DNA of 64,000 bases, from NCBI GenBank assembly GCA_963713325.1, contig CAVQLL010000026.1, forward strand, positions 3,815 through 67,814. Direction: 5' to 3'. The notes beneath the pieces are model-generated. The model saw only the letters and a program-made list of their open reading frames with translations, had not been told where the DNA came from and searched no databases. Numbering within the stretch: position 1 is the stretch's first letter; the number at the start of each line of letters is the position of its first letter. A program made the translations under genes and the position numbers. Shown here piece after piece: positions 1 to 10,902 of the stretch. The DNA is from an uncultured Actinomycetota bacterium. Its GTDB lineage: Bacteria; Actinomycetota; Actinomycetes; Actinomycetales; Microbacteriaceae.

Positions 1-420
1 TTTCTGCTGAGTCTCGTCTGGCCGGGGGAGCGGGGCCGCGCGGAGCGGATCGAGCGCGCGCTCGACATCGCCGCCGCCGATCCGCCGGTGCTCGTGCGCG
101 GCGACGCGACGCATCCCGGTGTGCTCGAATCGCTCGCGGCCCGCGCGCCGGATGGCGCCACCCTGGTGGTGACCACACCGGGCGTGCTGCCGCACATCCC
201 GCACGCCGGCCGCGAACGGCTCTTCGAGACGATCGCCGCGATGGACGCCGTGTGGGTCTCGATCGACCCGCCGGGGCTGCACCGGCAGTGGCAGCCACCG
301 ATCGACGCCGACGCGTGGGGAGGGTTCGTGCTCGGTCGTGACGGCGTCGCGCTCGCGGCGGTCGACCCGCTCGGCGCTTCCGTGGAGTGGCGCGCAGGGG
401 CGGCGGGCGACCCGCGCTAG
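1..420 (+). CDS. DUF2332-family protein, 5'-partial
   Basis: Open frame from base 1 (FLLSLVWPGERGRAERIERALDIA...LVRGDA) to TAG 420; motif resembles DUF2332. Confidence 0.7.
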   Translation, partial: FLLSLVWPGERGRAERIERALDIAAADPPVLVRGDATHPGVLESLAARAPDGATLVVTTPGVLPHIPHAGRERLFETIAAMDAVWVSIDPPGLHRQWQPPIDADAWGGFVLGRDGVALAAVDPLGASVEWRAGAAGDPR

Positions 421-429
421 CGTGAGGCC

Positions 430-681
430 GTGCCCCTCAGCGACCGCGACCGCGCCATCCTCGAGTTCGAGGCGGAATGGCGACGGCATGCCGGTGCGAA
501 GGAGGAGGCGATCCGCGCCGATCTCGGCCTCTCGCCCGCCCGCTACTACCAGCTGCTCGGACGGCTCATCGAAACCACCGACGCCCAGCGGCACGATCCG
601 ATGCTCGTCAAACGACTGCGCCGCATCCGCGATGCGCGCGAGCAGGCGCGTCTGGCGCGCGCGTCGGGCGCTCCCCGCTAG
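430..681 (+). CDS. DUF3263 domain protein
   Basis: LSDRDRAILEFE..W...GAKEEAIR..LGLSPARYYQ.L motif; -10-like TAGCGT 6 nt before GTG (leaderless). Confidence 0.85.
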   Translation: MPLSDRDRAILEFEAEWRRHAGAKEEAIRADLGLSPARYYQLLGRLIETTDAQRHDPMLVKRLRRIRDAREQARLARASGAPR

Positions 682-758
682 AGGACCGCACTGCCCGCTC
701 GTTCTCGCCGCGAGCGCGTGGCGCGTGGCCATCGCCCGCATGCAGGTACCATCGTGAG

Positions 759-1334
759 GTGCCGAGAACGACCTTCCCGCGGGATCGCTTCGACGACCTC
801 CCCGCGGATGTGGGCCGGGTCGGCGCTCATCGTGCCGAGAACCCGCGGATGCGCGGCTGGGTCGTGCTCCTGTGGGCCGTCCTCGCGACGATCGTCCTCG
901 TCGCACTCGGCATCTTCGGGACGCTGCTGGTCACCGGCCGCGTCGTGATCTTCCCGACGCCGGAGCCGACCGCCACTCCGCTCCCGATCGTGACGCCGGT
1001 GATCGACCCGACGTACGAGGTGCTCGTCCTCAACGCAACCCCCGAGGCGGGGCTTGCCACCCAGATGAAGGACGTCGTCGTCGCCGGGGGCTGGGCGGAG
1101 GACGCCGTGCTTGCCAGCGAGGCCGGCTCCACCGACTTCCCCGAGACGACGATCTACTACTACCTCCCCACGGACGAGGCGGCTGCCGCGGGCCTGGCAG
1201 AGGTGATCGGCGGCGCCAAGCTCGAGCAGAGCGACGTGTACCAACCGGCCGACAACCCTGAGGCCAAGCAGCTGGCGATCGTCATCGGCCTCGACCGCAC
1301 CTCGACGCCGCCGACGGAGACGCCCGCTCCCTGA
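759..1334 (+). CDS. Membrane protein with LytR C-terminal domain
   Basis: GTG 759 in frame with ORF 477..1334; RVGAHRA, one TM helix, VLVLNAT...GLA motif. Confidence 0.8.
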   Translation: MPRTTFPRDRFDDLPADVGRVGAHRAENPRMRGWVVLLWAVLATIVLVALGIFGTLLVTGRVVIFPTPEPTATPLPIVTPVIDPTYEVLVLNATPEAGLATQMKDVVVAGGWAEDAVLASEAGSTDFPETTIYYYLPTDEAAAAGLAEVIGGAKLEQSDVYQPADNPEAKQLAIVIGLDRTSTPPTETPAP

Positions 1335-1466
1335 GGACATCCCGGGTCGAGTGTTTCGAGCCGGTAAACACTTCGATGCACGCGTGTCAACAGTTGCCCG
1401 CCTGGCGATTGCGGGCCGATTCCGGTGCATACGATGGCCCTGTTCCCAGCACTACAGGAGAGTCAC

Positions 1467-1670
1467 ATGACCCAGGGCACCGTGAAGTGGTTCAACGCCG
1501 AGAAGGGCTTCGGCTTCATCACCGTTGCAGATGGGCAGGATGTCTTCGTCCACTACTCCAACATCGACATGAGCGGATTCCGCGTGCTCGAGGAGGGTCA
1601 GACCGTGGAGTTCACGGTCGGCGCCGGGCAGAAGGGTCCGCAGGCCGAGTCGGTGCGCGTCGTCGCCTGA
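1467..1670 (+). CDS. cspA: Cold-shock protein
   Basis: [15 protein letters not shown]...DVFVHYS RNP motifs; AGGAG RBS before ATG 1467. Confidence 0.95.
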   Translation: MTQGTVKWFNAEKGFGFITVADGQDVFVHYSNIDMSGFRVLEEGQTVEFTVGAGQKGPQAESVRVVA

Positions 1671-1906
1671 CCTGACGCCGCACGCACACGCAGCGGCCTG
1701 CGCGCAGACGTCGCGCGCAGCTGTCCGCGCAGGCGCTTCGGCGCGCGAGCGGCCGCCGGTAGGCGTTTCGCGCGCCCGGATGGCTCGCGCCCGGCTCCGG
1801 CCTCGCGCAACAGGCCGATCGCTCGCGCCCGGCTCCGGCTGCACACAGGATCCGACCCTTTCGGGCTCCGCGGATGACGTCGTGGGTCGCGCATCCGTCC
1901 CTGCGG

Positions 1907-1933
1907 CTTGCACTCGGTAGGGTCGAGTGCCAG
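1907..1933 (+). promoter_or_regulatory. CIRCE element 1 (HrcA operator)
   Basis: CTTGCACTC-N9-GAGTGCCAG upstream of groEL. Confidence 0.85.
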
Positions 1934-1939
1934 AATGGA

Positions 1940-3620
<1,681 letters not shown>

Positions 3621-3654
3621 TCCACTGAGTCGCGTTCACCAGCAACGCTGATCA

Positions 3655-3686
3655 ACGAAGGCCCCTCCTCCGGGAGGGGCCTTCGT
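3655..3686. terminator. Intrinsic terminator hairpin between convergent groEL and WXG100 genes
   Basis: ACGAAGGCCCCTCC-tccg-GGAGGGGCCTTCGT, perfect 14-bp stem. Confidence 0.85.
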
Positions 3687-3696
3687 CGTCTCATCC

Positions 3697-3984
3697 TCAG
3701 CGGAAGAGGCTCGTCGTCGCGAGCTCCGCATCGGCGTACTGCCTGCCGGCGACGGCCAGAGCGGTGTTGATGCCCGTCAGGCTGTCCTCGACCTGGCGCT
3801 GCGTCGCGCGCCATTGATCGACGACGGTCGAGAAGGCGACCGATGCGCTGCCGGTCCAGCTCGCCTGCAGCTGGGTGAGCTGGGTGAGCATCGCCTGCGT
3901 CTCGGCCTGCAGCCGATCGATCGTGCCGCGCACGGCGGCCGTGGTGGCCAGGACGGCGTCGCTGTCGACGGAGAAGACGGCCAT
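3697..3984 (-). CDS. WXG100 (ESAT-6-like) family protein
   Basis: 95 aa, helical, central W-T-G motif (LQASWTGSAS). Confidence 0.9.
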   Translation of the reverse strand: MAVFSVDSDAVLATTAAVRGTIDRLQAETQAMLTQLTQLQASWTGSASVAFSTVVDQWRATQRQVEDSLTGINTALAVAGRQYADAELATTSLFR

Positions 3985-4105
3985 GTGGGCTCCTTGTTCA
4001 GTGGGTGGGGGTTCCCACGGTACGAGCGAGCCCGCCGCTCGACGCGCCCCGAGCGGATGCTGTCAGCTCCCTCGCCGAGGACGCCAGGTGGGGAGGAGCC
4101 GACGG

Positions 4106-5866
4106 TCAGTCGAGGGGCTGCTCGAGCCGTTCGATCGGCTGGGTCTCGATCATCAGGTGCTCCGCGGCATCCCTTCCGGTCGCCAACGGGATGGCGACAC
4201 GGAAGGTCGCGCCGCCGCCCGGGGTGTCGCTGACCGACACCGCCCCGTGGTGTGCTTCGACGATCGACGCGACGATCGACAGCCCGAGCCCCGTGCCGCC
4301 GGTCTCCCTGGCGCGCGACGTGTCGGCGCGCCAGAAGCGCTGGAAGATCTTGTCGCGGATCTGCTCGGGGATGCCCTCACCGTGGTCGGCGACCTCGATC
4401 CACCCCATCCCCGCGACGGTGTCGACGCCGACCCGCAGGTCGATCGGCGAATCGTCCGCGGTGAACCGGCGGGCATTGCCCAGAAGGTTCGCGACCACCT
4501 GGCGGATGCGGTTCTCGTCTCCCAGGACGATCGGGGGAGTGCCCCCGCCGACGGCGGCCGGTGCGACCGGGCTCACAGCCGGCAGCTCCTGGGCACTGTT
4601 CGCCTGCGAAGCCGGGACCGGTCTGGGCCTGCGTCGGAGGAGCGAGAGGGCACCGCCGCCCGCGCGCACGATCGCCGAGGTCGGGGGGCCGCCGCGGCGA
4701 CGCGCAGCCTGCGTCGAGTCGACCTCCTCGGGCAGCGGAGCGCTCGGCGGGAGCTCGACGATCGTCGTGTCGAACACCGAGACCGGGCGCAGCGGAGAGG
4801 TCGCGCGCACGTCGAGGGCGGCATCCCGTGCGATCGGCCGCAGGTCGACCGGGCCGATCGCCACGTCGCGGCGCTCGTCCAGGCGCGCCAGAGCGAGGAG
4901 GTCCTCGACGAGCACGCCCATCCGCATCGCTTCCTTCTCGATGCGGTCCATGGCCTGGTCGACGTCCTCTTCGCCCGAGATCGCACCCATGCGGTAGAGC
5001 TCGGCGTAGCCGCGCACGGTGACCAGCGGCGTGCGCAGCTCGTGGCTCGCGTCGCCGATGAAGCGGCGCATCTGCTTGACCGAGGAGTCGCGCTCCGACA
5101 GTGCCGCATCCACGCGTCCGAGCATCGTGTTGATCGCGGACTTCAGGCGACCGACCTCGGTCGTCATCGGCTCGATGTCGGTCAGGCGCTGGCTGAAATC
5201 GCCCGCGGCGATCGCCATCGCGGTCGATTCGACCTGGCCGAGACTTCGGAATGTCAGCGTCACCAGCCAGCGGGTCAGGAACGCGCTTGCGATCAGGATG
5301 ATCATGGCCAGCAGGCTGTAGATGCCGATGTACTGTGCGACGACCTGGTTCGTCGCGGCGAGGGGCAGCGCGACGAGCTGTGTGTACAGGATGCCGGCAC
5401 CCGGCAGCTCCTGGACGGCGATCGTTGCCCGGAATTCGTCCTCGCCGTCCTCCGACAGCAGCGTGAAGGGCTCGAGCTCCTTCGACTGGGCGATGTCGAG
5501 CGAGAAGCTCTCCGGCAGCACGGGCTCCGATTCGCCGCGGCCGCCGGCAGTGCCGAGCAGCTCTCCCGCTATCGGTCCGTAGATGGCGACGAAGTAGTCG
5601 GTCAGCGGGGCGCTGTCGACCGGTGTCGTCTGCAGTGCGCCGTCCGCGACCGAGAACTCCAGCAGCGGGGCGGCGACGTCCGTCCTTGCGAGCGCATCGA
5701 TCTGCGTGTCGACGTTGGCGATGAGCGTGTTGCGAAGGAAGACGGCCGTGCCGAACCCCGCGGCGATCAGCCCCACGGCGAGCAGGATCACGGTGACGCC
5801 GGTCACCTTCGCGCGCAGGCTGATGCCACGCCACCATCGGGTGACCGCGTCCGTCTTGTTCGCCAG
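4106..5866 (-). CDS. Sensor histidine kinase (HAMP-HisKA-HATPase)
   Basis: FIGDASHELRTP H-box, N box and GGTGLGL box; start may be CTG 5866 after AAGGGGG, otherwise GTG 5806. Confidence 0.92.
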   Translation of the reverse strand: MANKTDAVTRWWRGISLRAKVTGVTVILLAVGLIAAGFGTAVFLRNTLIANVDTQIDALARTDVAAPLLEFSVADGALQTTPVDSAPLTDYFVAIYGPIAGELLGTAGGRGESEPVLPESFSLDIAQSKELEPFTLLSEDGEDEFRATIAVQELPGAGILYTQLVALPLAATNQVVAQYIGIYSLLAMIILIASAFLTRWLVTLTFRSLGQVESTAMAIAAGDFSQRLTDIEPMTTEVGRLKSAINTMLGRVDAALSERDSSVKQMRRFIGDASHELRTPLVTVRGYAELYRMGAISGEEDVDQAMDRIEKEAMRMGVLVEDLLALARLDERRDVAIGPVDLRPIARDAALDVRATSPLRPVSVFDTTIVELPPSAPLPEEVDSTQAARRRGGPPTSAIVRAGGGALSLLRRRPRPVPASQANSAQELPAVSPVAPAAVGGGTPPIVLGDENRIRQVVANLLGNARRFTADDSPIDLRVGVDTVAGMGWIEVADHGEGIPEQIRDKIFQRFWRADTSRARETGGTGLGLSIVASIVEAHHGAVSVSDTPGGGATFRVAIPLATGRDAAEHLMIETQPIERLEQPLD

Positions 5867-5893
5867 GGCGGCCCCCTTGGATCAGGGACCGCG

Positions 5894-6586
5894 TCAGGCG
5901 GTCTTGCCGGCCTTGAGCATGTAGCCGAAGCCGCGCTTGGTCTGGATGAGGGCTTCGGTGGAGTGCGGATCGATCTTGCGACGCAGATACGAGATGTAGC
6001 TCTCCACGATTCCCGCGTCGCCGTTGAAGTCGTACTCCCACACGTGGTCGAGGATCTGGGCCTTGGACAGCACGCGGTTGGGGTTGAGCATGAGGTAGCG
6101 CAGCAGCTTGAACTCGGTCGGGCTCAAGTCGATCGACACGTCGCCCACGAGCACGTCATGGGTGTCCTGGTCCATCGTGAGCTCGCCGGCGCGGATGACC
6201 GACTCCTCGTCGGCCTGCATCGTGCGGCGAAGGATCGCCTGGATGCGGGCGACGATCTCGTCGAGGCTGAACGGCTTGGTGACGTAGTCGTCGCCGCCGG
6301 CGTTCAGGCCCGTGATCTTGTCTTCGGTCTCGTCCTTGGCGGTGAGGAAGAGGATGGGGGCGGTGTAGCCGGCGCCGCGGAGGCGCTTCGTGACGCTGAA
6401 GCCGTTCATGTCGGGAAGCATGACGTCGAGGATGATGAGGTCGGGCTCCTCCTCGAGGACGGCCGAGATCGTCTGGGCCCCGTTCGAGACCGCCCTGACC
6501 TGGAATCCGGCGAATCGGAGGCTCGTGATGAGCAGGTCGCGGATGTTCGGCTCATCGTCGACGACGAGGATGCGGGGTGCTGTCAT
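5894..6586 (-). CDS. OmpR/PhoP-family response regulator
   Basis: ILVVDDE, LDVMLPD, FLTAK, KPF, winged HTH (TKRGFGY). Confidence 0.95.
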   Translation of the reverse strand: MTAPRILVVDDEPNIRDLLITSLRFAGFQVRAVSNGAQTISAVLEEEPDLIILDVMLPDMNGFSVTKRLRGAGYTAPILFLTAKDETEDKITGLNAGGDDYVTKPFSLDEIVARIQAILRRTMQADEESVIRAGELTMDQDTHDVLVGDVSIDLSPTEFKLLRYLMLNPNRVLSKAQILDHVWEYDFNGDAGIVESYISYLRRKIDPHSTEALIQTKRGFGYMLKAGKTA

Positions 6587-6645
6587 GTGCTCATTATGGC
6601 GACCGAACCCATGCCCTGTCTGGATATCGGTCGGAGCGGCCCGGA

Positions 6646-7194
6646 TCAGTCCATGCTCGCACGCACTGCTCGCTCGATGACCGGCCGGATCTCCGCATCC
6701 GGATCGACCGTCAGGCGGTGGAACGCGAGACCGTCGCCGGCGGCCATGAGCGCTCTGGCCGCCTGCTCGGGTGCGCGCGCGCCGACACCGGAGAGGAGCG
6801 CGGTCGTCCACTCCACGTACAGCCGGCGCTGCACGAGGAGCGGCGCCAGGAGTTCCGGGTCCCCGGCACTCTCCAGGAAGAGGGCGTAGCGAGCCCGCGT
6901 GCGCGAGGCGAATGGACCCGTCTCCACGGCGATCATGTTGGCGAGAGCGTCGATCAGCTGATCGGGGGTCTCGATCGGCGGCATTTCCTGCGCGGCGAAA
7001 TCCGCGCGTTCGCTCTCGGCGAGCCATGCGGCGACTCCGGCGATGAGCGCATCGCGGGTGCGGAACCAGTTCGACGTCGACCCCTTCGGCAGCCCCGCGC
7101 GTTCGTCGACGCGCGCGTGGGTCAGTGCGCGGATGCCCTGCTCCCCGACGAGAGCGAGCGCGGCGTCCAACGCGCGATCTCTCGTTGAAGCCAT
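6646..7194 (-). CDS. TetR-family regulator
   Basis: N-terminal HTH (GIRALTHARVDERAGLPKGSTSNWFRTR). Confidence 0.9.
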   Translation of the reverse strand: MASTRDRALDAALALVGEQGIRALTHARVDERAGLPKGSTSNWFRTRDALIAGVAAWLAESERADFAAQEMPPIETPDQLIDALANMIAVETGPFASRTRARYALFLESAGDPELLAPLLVQRRLYVEWTTALLSGVGARAPEQAARALMAAGDGLAFHRLTVDPDAEIRPVIERAVRASMD

Positions 7195-7250
7195 GATTCG
7201 ACCATAGGCGCTGCGCCGGGCGGGCATGCCTCTGCGCCGTTGCCGGGCTG

Positions 7251-8078
7251 CTACTTCAAACCGGCGATCCGGGCGCCGATGGCATCTCCTGTCCGAGTCG
7301 GCAGCAGGGCGCTCATGGCGACGATGGCATGCGCGGGGGCTCCGACAAGGTAGCGGGCTCGCGGGCGCCTCGCCGTCAGTGCGCGTTCGACGATCCGAGC
7401 GACCGCGTCCGGCGGTGTCGTCGCGGAACCGAAGCGACTGATGTTCCGCCGCAGACCGACCACATGGGACGCGTAGAGGTCGCGGTGGCGTGGCGACAAT
7501 CGCCCCTCCATGTCATCGATCATCGTCTCGACCGTGCGCCAGGTATCGGTGTCAGTCGGGCCGGGCTCGATGACCGACACGGGGATGCTCCAGGGGCGCA
7601 GTTCCACGCGGAGGGCGTCCGCGATCCCCTCCAGCGCGAATTTCGAGGAGCAGTAGGCGCCCTCCATGGGCACGACCGACCGGCCGCCCGTCGACGAGAT
7701 GAACACGATCCGTCCTGCTGCGGCACGCAGCCGCGGGAGCGCGGCTTGTGTGACGGCCACCTGGCCGACGAGGTTGACCTCGAACTGCCGCCGCAGGTCT
7801 GCCGTGGAGACCGCCTCGACCGGGCCCAGCACGCCGATGCCGGCGTTGTTCACCAGGGCGTCGAGGCGGTCGGGCAGCACGTCGGCGAGCGCGTCGACGT
7901 GCGTCTGGTCGGTGATGTCGAGCTGGACCGGCGAGATGCGCCCTTCCGCTCCGGCGAGGCGTTCCCGGCTCACATCGTCGCGGACGCCGGCGAAGACAGT
8001 CCAGCCGGCGCCGGCGAGTCGCTCGGTGATCGCCCTCCCGATGCCGCGCCCTGCTCCTGTGACGAGTGCTGTCGGCAT
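7251..8078 (-). CDS. SDR family oxidoreductase
   Basis: TGAGRGIG, NNAG, YCSSK motifs. Confidence 0.95.
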   Translation of the reverse strand: MPTALVTGAGRGIGRAITERLAGAGWTVFAGVRDDVSRERLAGAEGRISPVQLDITDQTHVDALADVLPDRLDALVNNAGIGVLGPVEAVSTADLRRQFEVNLVGQVAVTQAALPRLRAAAGRIVFISSTGGRSVVPMEGAYCSSKFALEGIADALRVELRPWSIPVSVIEPGPTDTDTWRTVETMIDDMEGRLSPRHRDLYASHVVGLRRNISRFGSATTPPDAVARIVERALTARRPRARYLVGAPAHAIVAMSALLPTRTGDAIGARIAGLK

Positions 8079-8116
8079 GTCGTCCCCTTCCTGCTGCCCC
8101 TCGTCATCCGAGGTCT

Positions 8117-8152
8117 ACTACTGACGTAGTGTACAAACACTATCGTTGTAGT
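8117..8152. promoter_or_regulatory. Tandem palindromic operators, probably for the TetR regulator
   Basis: ACTAC-N4-GTAGT (8117-8130) and ACTAT-N4-GTAGT (8139-8152), 22 bp apart, upstream of the SDR-TetR pair. Confidence 0.6.
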
Positions 8153-8298
8153 ACAAGGGCGAGTGTGCGGAGAAGGCGTCACGCCGCGATGACGTCGGCG
8201 TTCACGATCGTGTGGCCATAGCCCTGCTCGGCGAGAAGCGCCCGTCGCGCCGCGGCGCAAGCGTCGCAGCCTCGGCTGAAGGTCTCCGCCCGCGGGTG

Positions 8299-8961
8299 TC
8301 AGGCGCCGCGCCGGTGGAGCGCGACGCAGCAGTGGCCGACGCGCGGTTCGAGGGCGACCTCGCGCTCGTCTCCCGCTGCGGCGGCCATGCCGCGGACGAG
8401 TTCGAGATTCGCGGCGCAGACGAGTTCCGTGTGGCGCGCGGCGAGCGCGTGGAACGGACAGTTCTCGAGCATCACGCCGCCCGCGCCGTCGTCGCGCGGC
8501 TCGTACCCGCACGCGACCAGTGCGCTCTCCACCGGTGCGTGCGCCGCGCCGATCGTCGCGCCCGCCCGATTCGCCTCGACGGCGAGCGCCGCGCGCACGG
8601 GCACCCCTTCGCGGTCGGCGCGCTCGGCGGCCGATGCCAGCAGCTCGCCGGCCAGCTCGTAATGCCGCTCAGGCGCGCTCGCGAGGAGATCTCCGGATGC
8701 CGGGCTGTACAGCTTCGTCGGACGCCCGGCGCCGGGGCCGGTGCGGCCCGAGCGGCGGCGGAACTCCGCGGTGAGCAGTCCCGCCTCGGTGAGGCGCTCC
8801 AGATGGACGGCGGCGGTGCTTCGGGGAACGCCGACGGCAGCGGCGGTGTCGTCGCGGCTCACCGGCGAACCGGCCTCGACGACGGCGCGGTAGATCGAGC
8901 GCCGCACCGGCTCCCCGAGTGCGGCGAGCGCATCCAGACTGTTGCGCGCGAGAACCGCCAT
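8299..8961 (-). CDS. ArsR-like HTH regulator with Cys-rich C-terminus (COG2345/SufR-like)
   Basis: HTH, GAGRP.K.Y, NCPFH...C..N...HCCV. Confidence 0.85.
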   Translation of the reverse strand: MAVLARNSLDALAALGEPVRRSIYRAVVEAGSPVSRDDTAAAVGVPRSTAAVHLERLTEAGLLTAEFRRRSGRTGPGAGRPTKLYSPASGDLLASAPERHYELAGELLASAAERADREGVPVRAALAVEANRAGATIGAAHAPVESALVACGYEPRDDGAGGVMLENCPFHALAARHTELVCAANLELVRGMAAAAGDEREVALEPRVGHCCVALHRRGA

Positions 8962-8990
8962 GAGCCGAGCATAATGTAAAAACATGAATC

Positions 8991-9020
8991 TTGACAAAAG
9001 AATCCGAACCGCCATATGGT
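8991..9020 (+). promoter_or_regulatory. SigA-type promoter of the folE operon
   Basis: TTGACA-N18-TATGGT in an AT-rich intergenic patch. Confidence 0.6.
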
Positions 9021-9050
9021 CGGGCCAACAGCCGTGAAAGGAGCACCGCG

Positions 9051-9659
9051 ATGTCGCTTCCCGCCATTTCGCCCGACGCCGAGCGCGCGCTCCACGTGAT
9101 GGATGCCGTCCCGCGCGTCGACCGGCAGCGCGCAGAGGCCGCCATCTCCGAGCTGCTGCACGCGCTGGGCCGGGATGCCGCCGCCGACCCGCTCGTCGAT
9201 ACGCCGCGCCGAGTGGTGGACGGCTTCGTCGAGATGCTCGTGCCGCGCGAGTTCGCGATGACGACCTTCCCCAATGACGAGGACTACAGTGACCTGGTGC
9301 TCGTGCGCGGCATCCCGTTCACGTCCCTGTGCGAGCACCACCTGCTCCCGTTCCATGGGACCGCAGATGTCGGCTATCTGCCGGGCGATCGCCTCGTCGG
9401 GCTCTCGAAGCTCGCCCGTATCGTCGACTGGTACGCACGCGATCTGCAGGTCCAGGAGCGACTCACCGTCCAGATCGCGGATCACCTCGAGCGTCATCTG
9501 CAGCCCGCCGGGCTCGGTGTCGTGCTGCGCGCCGAGCATCTGTGCATGTCGATGCGCGGGGCGCTCGCGGTCGGCGCGACGACGGAGACGTCCGTGTTCC
9601 GCGGCGAGGTCTCGACCGACGACCGTCTGATGCGGCGATTCGACGTCCGCGGAATCTGA
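9051..9659 (+). CDS. folE: GTP cyclohydrolase I
   Basis: TPRRV, SLCEHHLLPF.G, GLSKLAR, QVQERLT, HLCM..RG; AAAGGAG RBS. Confidence 0.95.
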   Translation: MSLPAISPDAERALHVMDAVPRVDRQRAEAAISELLHALGRDAAADPLVDTPRRVVDGFVEMLVPREFAMTTFPNDEDYSDLVLVRGIPFTSLCEHHLLPFHGTADVGYLPGDRLVGLSKLARIVDWYARDLQVQERLTVQIADHLERHLQPAGLGVVLRAEHLCMSMRGALAVGATTETSVFRGEVSTDDRLMRRFDVRGI

Positions 9660-9678
9660 TCGAGAGCGAGGAGCGGAC

Positions 9679-10902
9679 ATGACGCACATCGTCCTCATCG
9701 GCGGAGGAGTCGGTGCAGGCTCCGCGGCCAAGACGCTGCGGGATGAGGGTTTCGACGGCGATGTCACCGTCATCACCGACGAAGCCCATCCGCCCTATCA
9801 GCGTCCGCCGCTGTCGAAGGGCTACCTCGCAGGCAGCGAAGGCGCGGACAAGGTCATCCTCCGTCCGCGGGAGTGGTATGCCGATCACGGCATGGACCTG
9901 CGCACGTCGACGCGGGTGGTCGAACTGGACCCTGCTGCGCACGAAGTCCAGCTCGACGACGGCTCGCGCCTGCACTACGACTCGGTGCTGCTCGCGACGG
10001 GCGCTTCGCCGCGCTCACTTCCGCTCGAAGGTGCTGACCTTCCGGGCGTGCGCACCCTCCGGCGTCTCGACGACTCCGACGATCTCGCGACGCAGCTGCA
10101 GGGCGGCGGCAAGCGCCTGGTCGTCATCGGCTCGGGCTGGATCGGAATGGAAGTGGGCGCGACTGCACGCGGGCTGGGCAACGAGGTCACCGTGCTCGAA
10201 CGAGACCCCGTCCCGCTCGGCATCGCGCTCGGTGCCGAGATGGGCGAGGTCTTCCGCGCGCTGCACGAGGAGAACGGCGTCGACCTGCGCACGTCGGTGA
10301 ACGTCGAGCGGATCACCGGAACCGGTCGCGTCGAAGCGGTGGTCGTCGACGGGGAGAGCGTGCCGGCGGACCTCGTGCTCATCGGCGTCGGGGCGGCGCC
10401 GAACACGCAGCTCGCCGAGAAGGCGGGGCTGCGCATCAACAACGGCGTCCTCACCGACTCGGCCCTGCGCACCGGCGCTCCCGACGTGTACGCGGCCGGC
10501 GACGTGGCGAACGCCTACCATCCGGTCATCCAGCGGCACCTGCGCAGCGAGCATTGGGCCAATGCCCTGCACGCGGGTCCGGTCGCTGCGCGCTCGATGC
10601 TCGGCCAGCGCGTGTCGTTCTCGGAGGTCCCGTACTTCTACACCGACCAGTTCGACCTGGGCATGGAGCTCTCCGGGTACGCGCCGCTCATGGCCGACGC
10701 GCAGCTGATCGTTCGCGGCGACCTCGAAGCCCGTGAGTTCATCGCCTTCTGGGTCGACAGCGGCCGCGTCGTCGGCGGCATGAACGTCAACGTGTGGGAC
10801 GTCAACGAGGCGGTGCAGGCGCTCATCAGATCGGGGCAGAGCGTCGCCGCAGACGATCTGCGCGATCCGTCGGTTCCGCTCGAGAGCCTGCTCAGCGCGT
10901 GA
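9679..10902 (+). CDS. FAD/NAD(P)-dependent ferredoxin reductase-like oxidoreductase
   Basis: GGGVGA, PYQRPPLSK, GSGWIGME, AAGDVA, VPYFYTDQFD. Confidence 0.92.
   Translation: MTHIVLIGGGVGAGSAAKTLRDEGFDGDVTVITDEAHPPYQRPPLSKGYLAGSEGADKVILRPREWYADHGMDLRTSTRVVELDPAAHEVQLDDGSRLHYDSVLLATGASPRSLPLEGADLPGVRTLRRLDDSDDLATQLQGGGKRLVVIGSGWIGMEVGATARGLGNEVTVLERDPVPLGIALGAEMGEVFRALHEENGVDLRTSVNVERITGTGRVEAVVVDGESVPADLVLIGVGAAPNTQLAEKAGLRINNGVLTDSALRTGAPDVYAAGDVANAYHPVIQRHLRSEHWANALHAGPVAARSMLGQRVSFSEVPYFYTDQFDLGMELSGYAPLMADAQLIVRGDLEAREFIAFWVDSGRVVGGMNVNVWDVNEAVQALIRSGQSVAADDLRDPSVPLESLLSA

Noticed and set aside
1783-1839. 19-bp direct repeat GCTCGCGCCCGGCTCCGGC x2 upstream of groEL
   Set aside because: Only two very GC-rich copies, with no link to a known element or function
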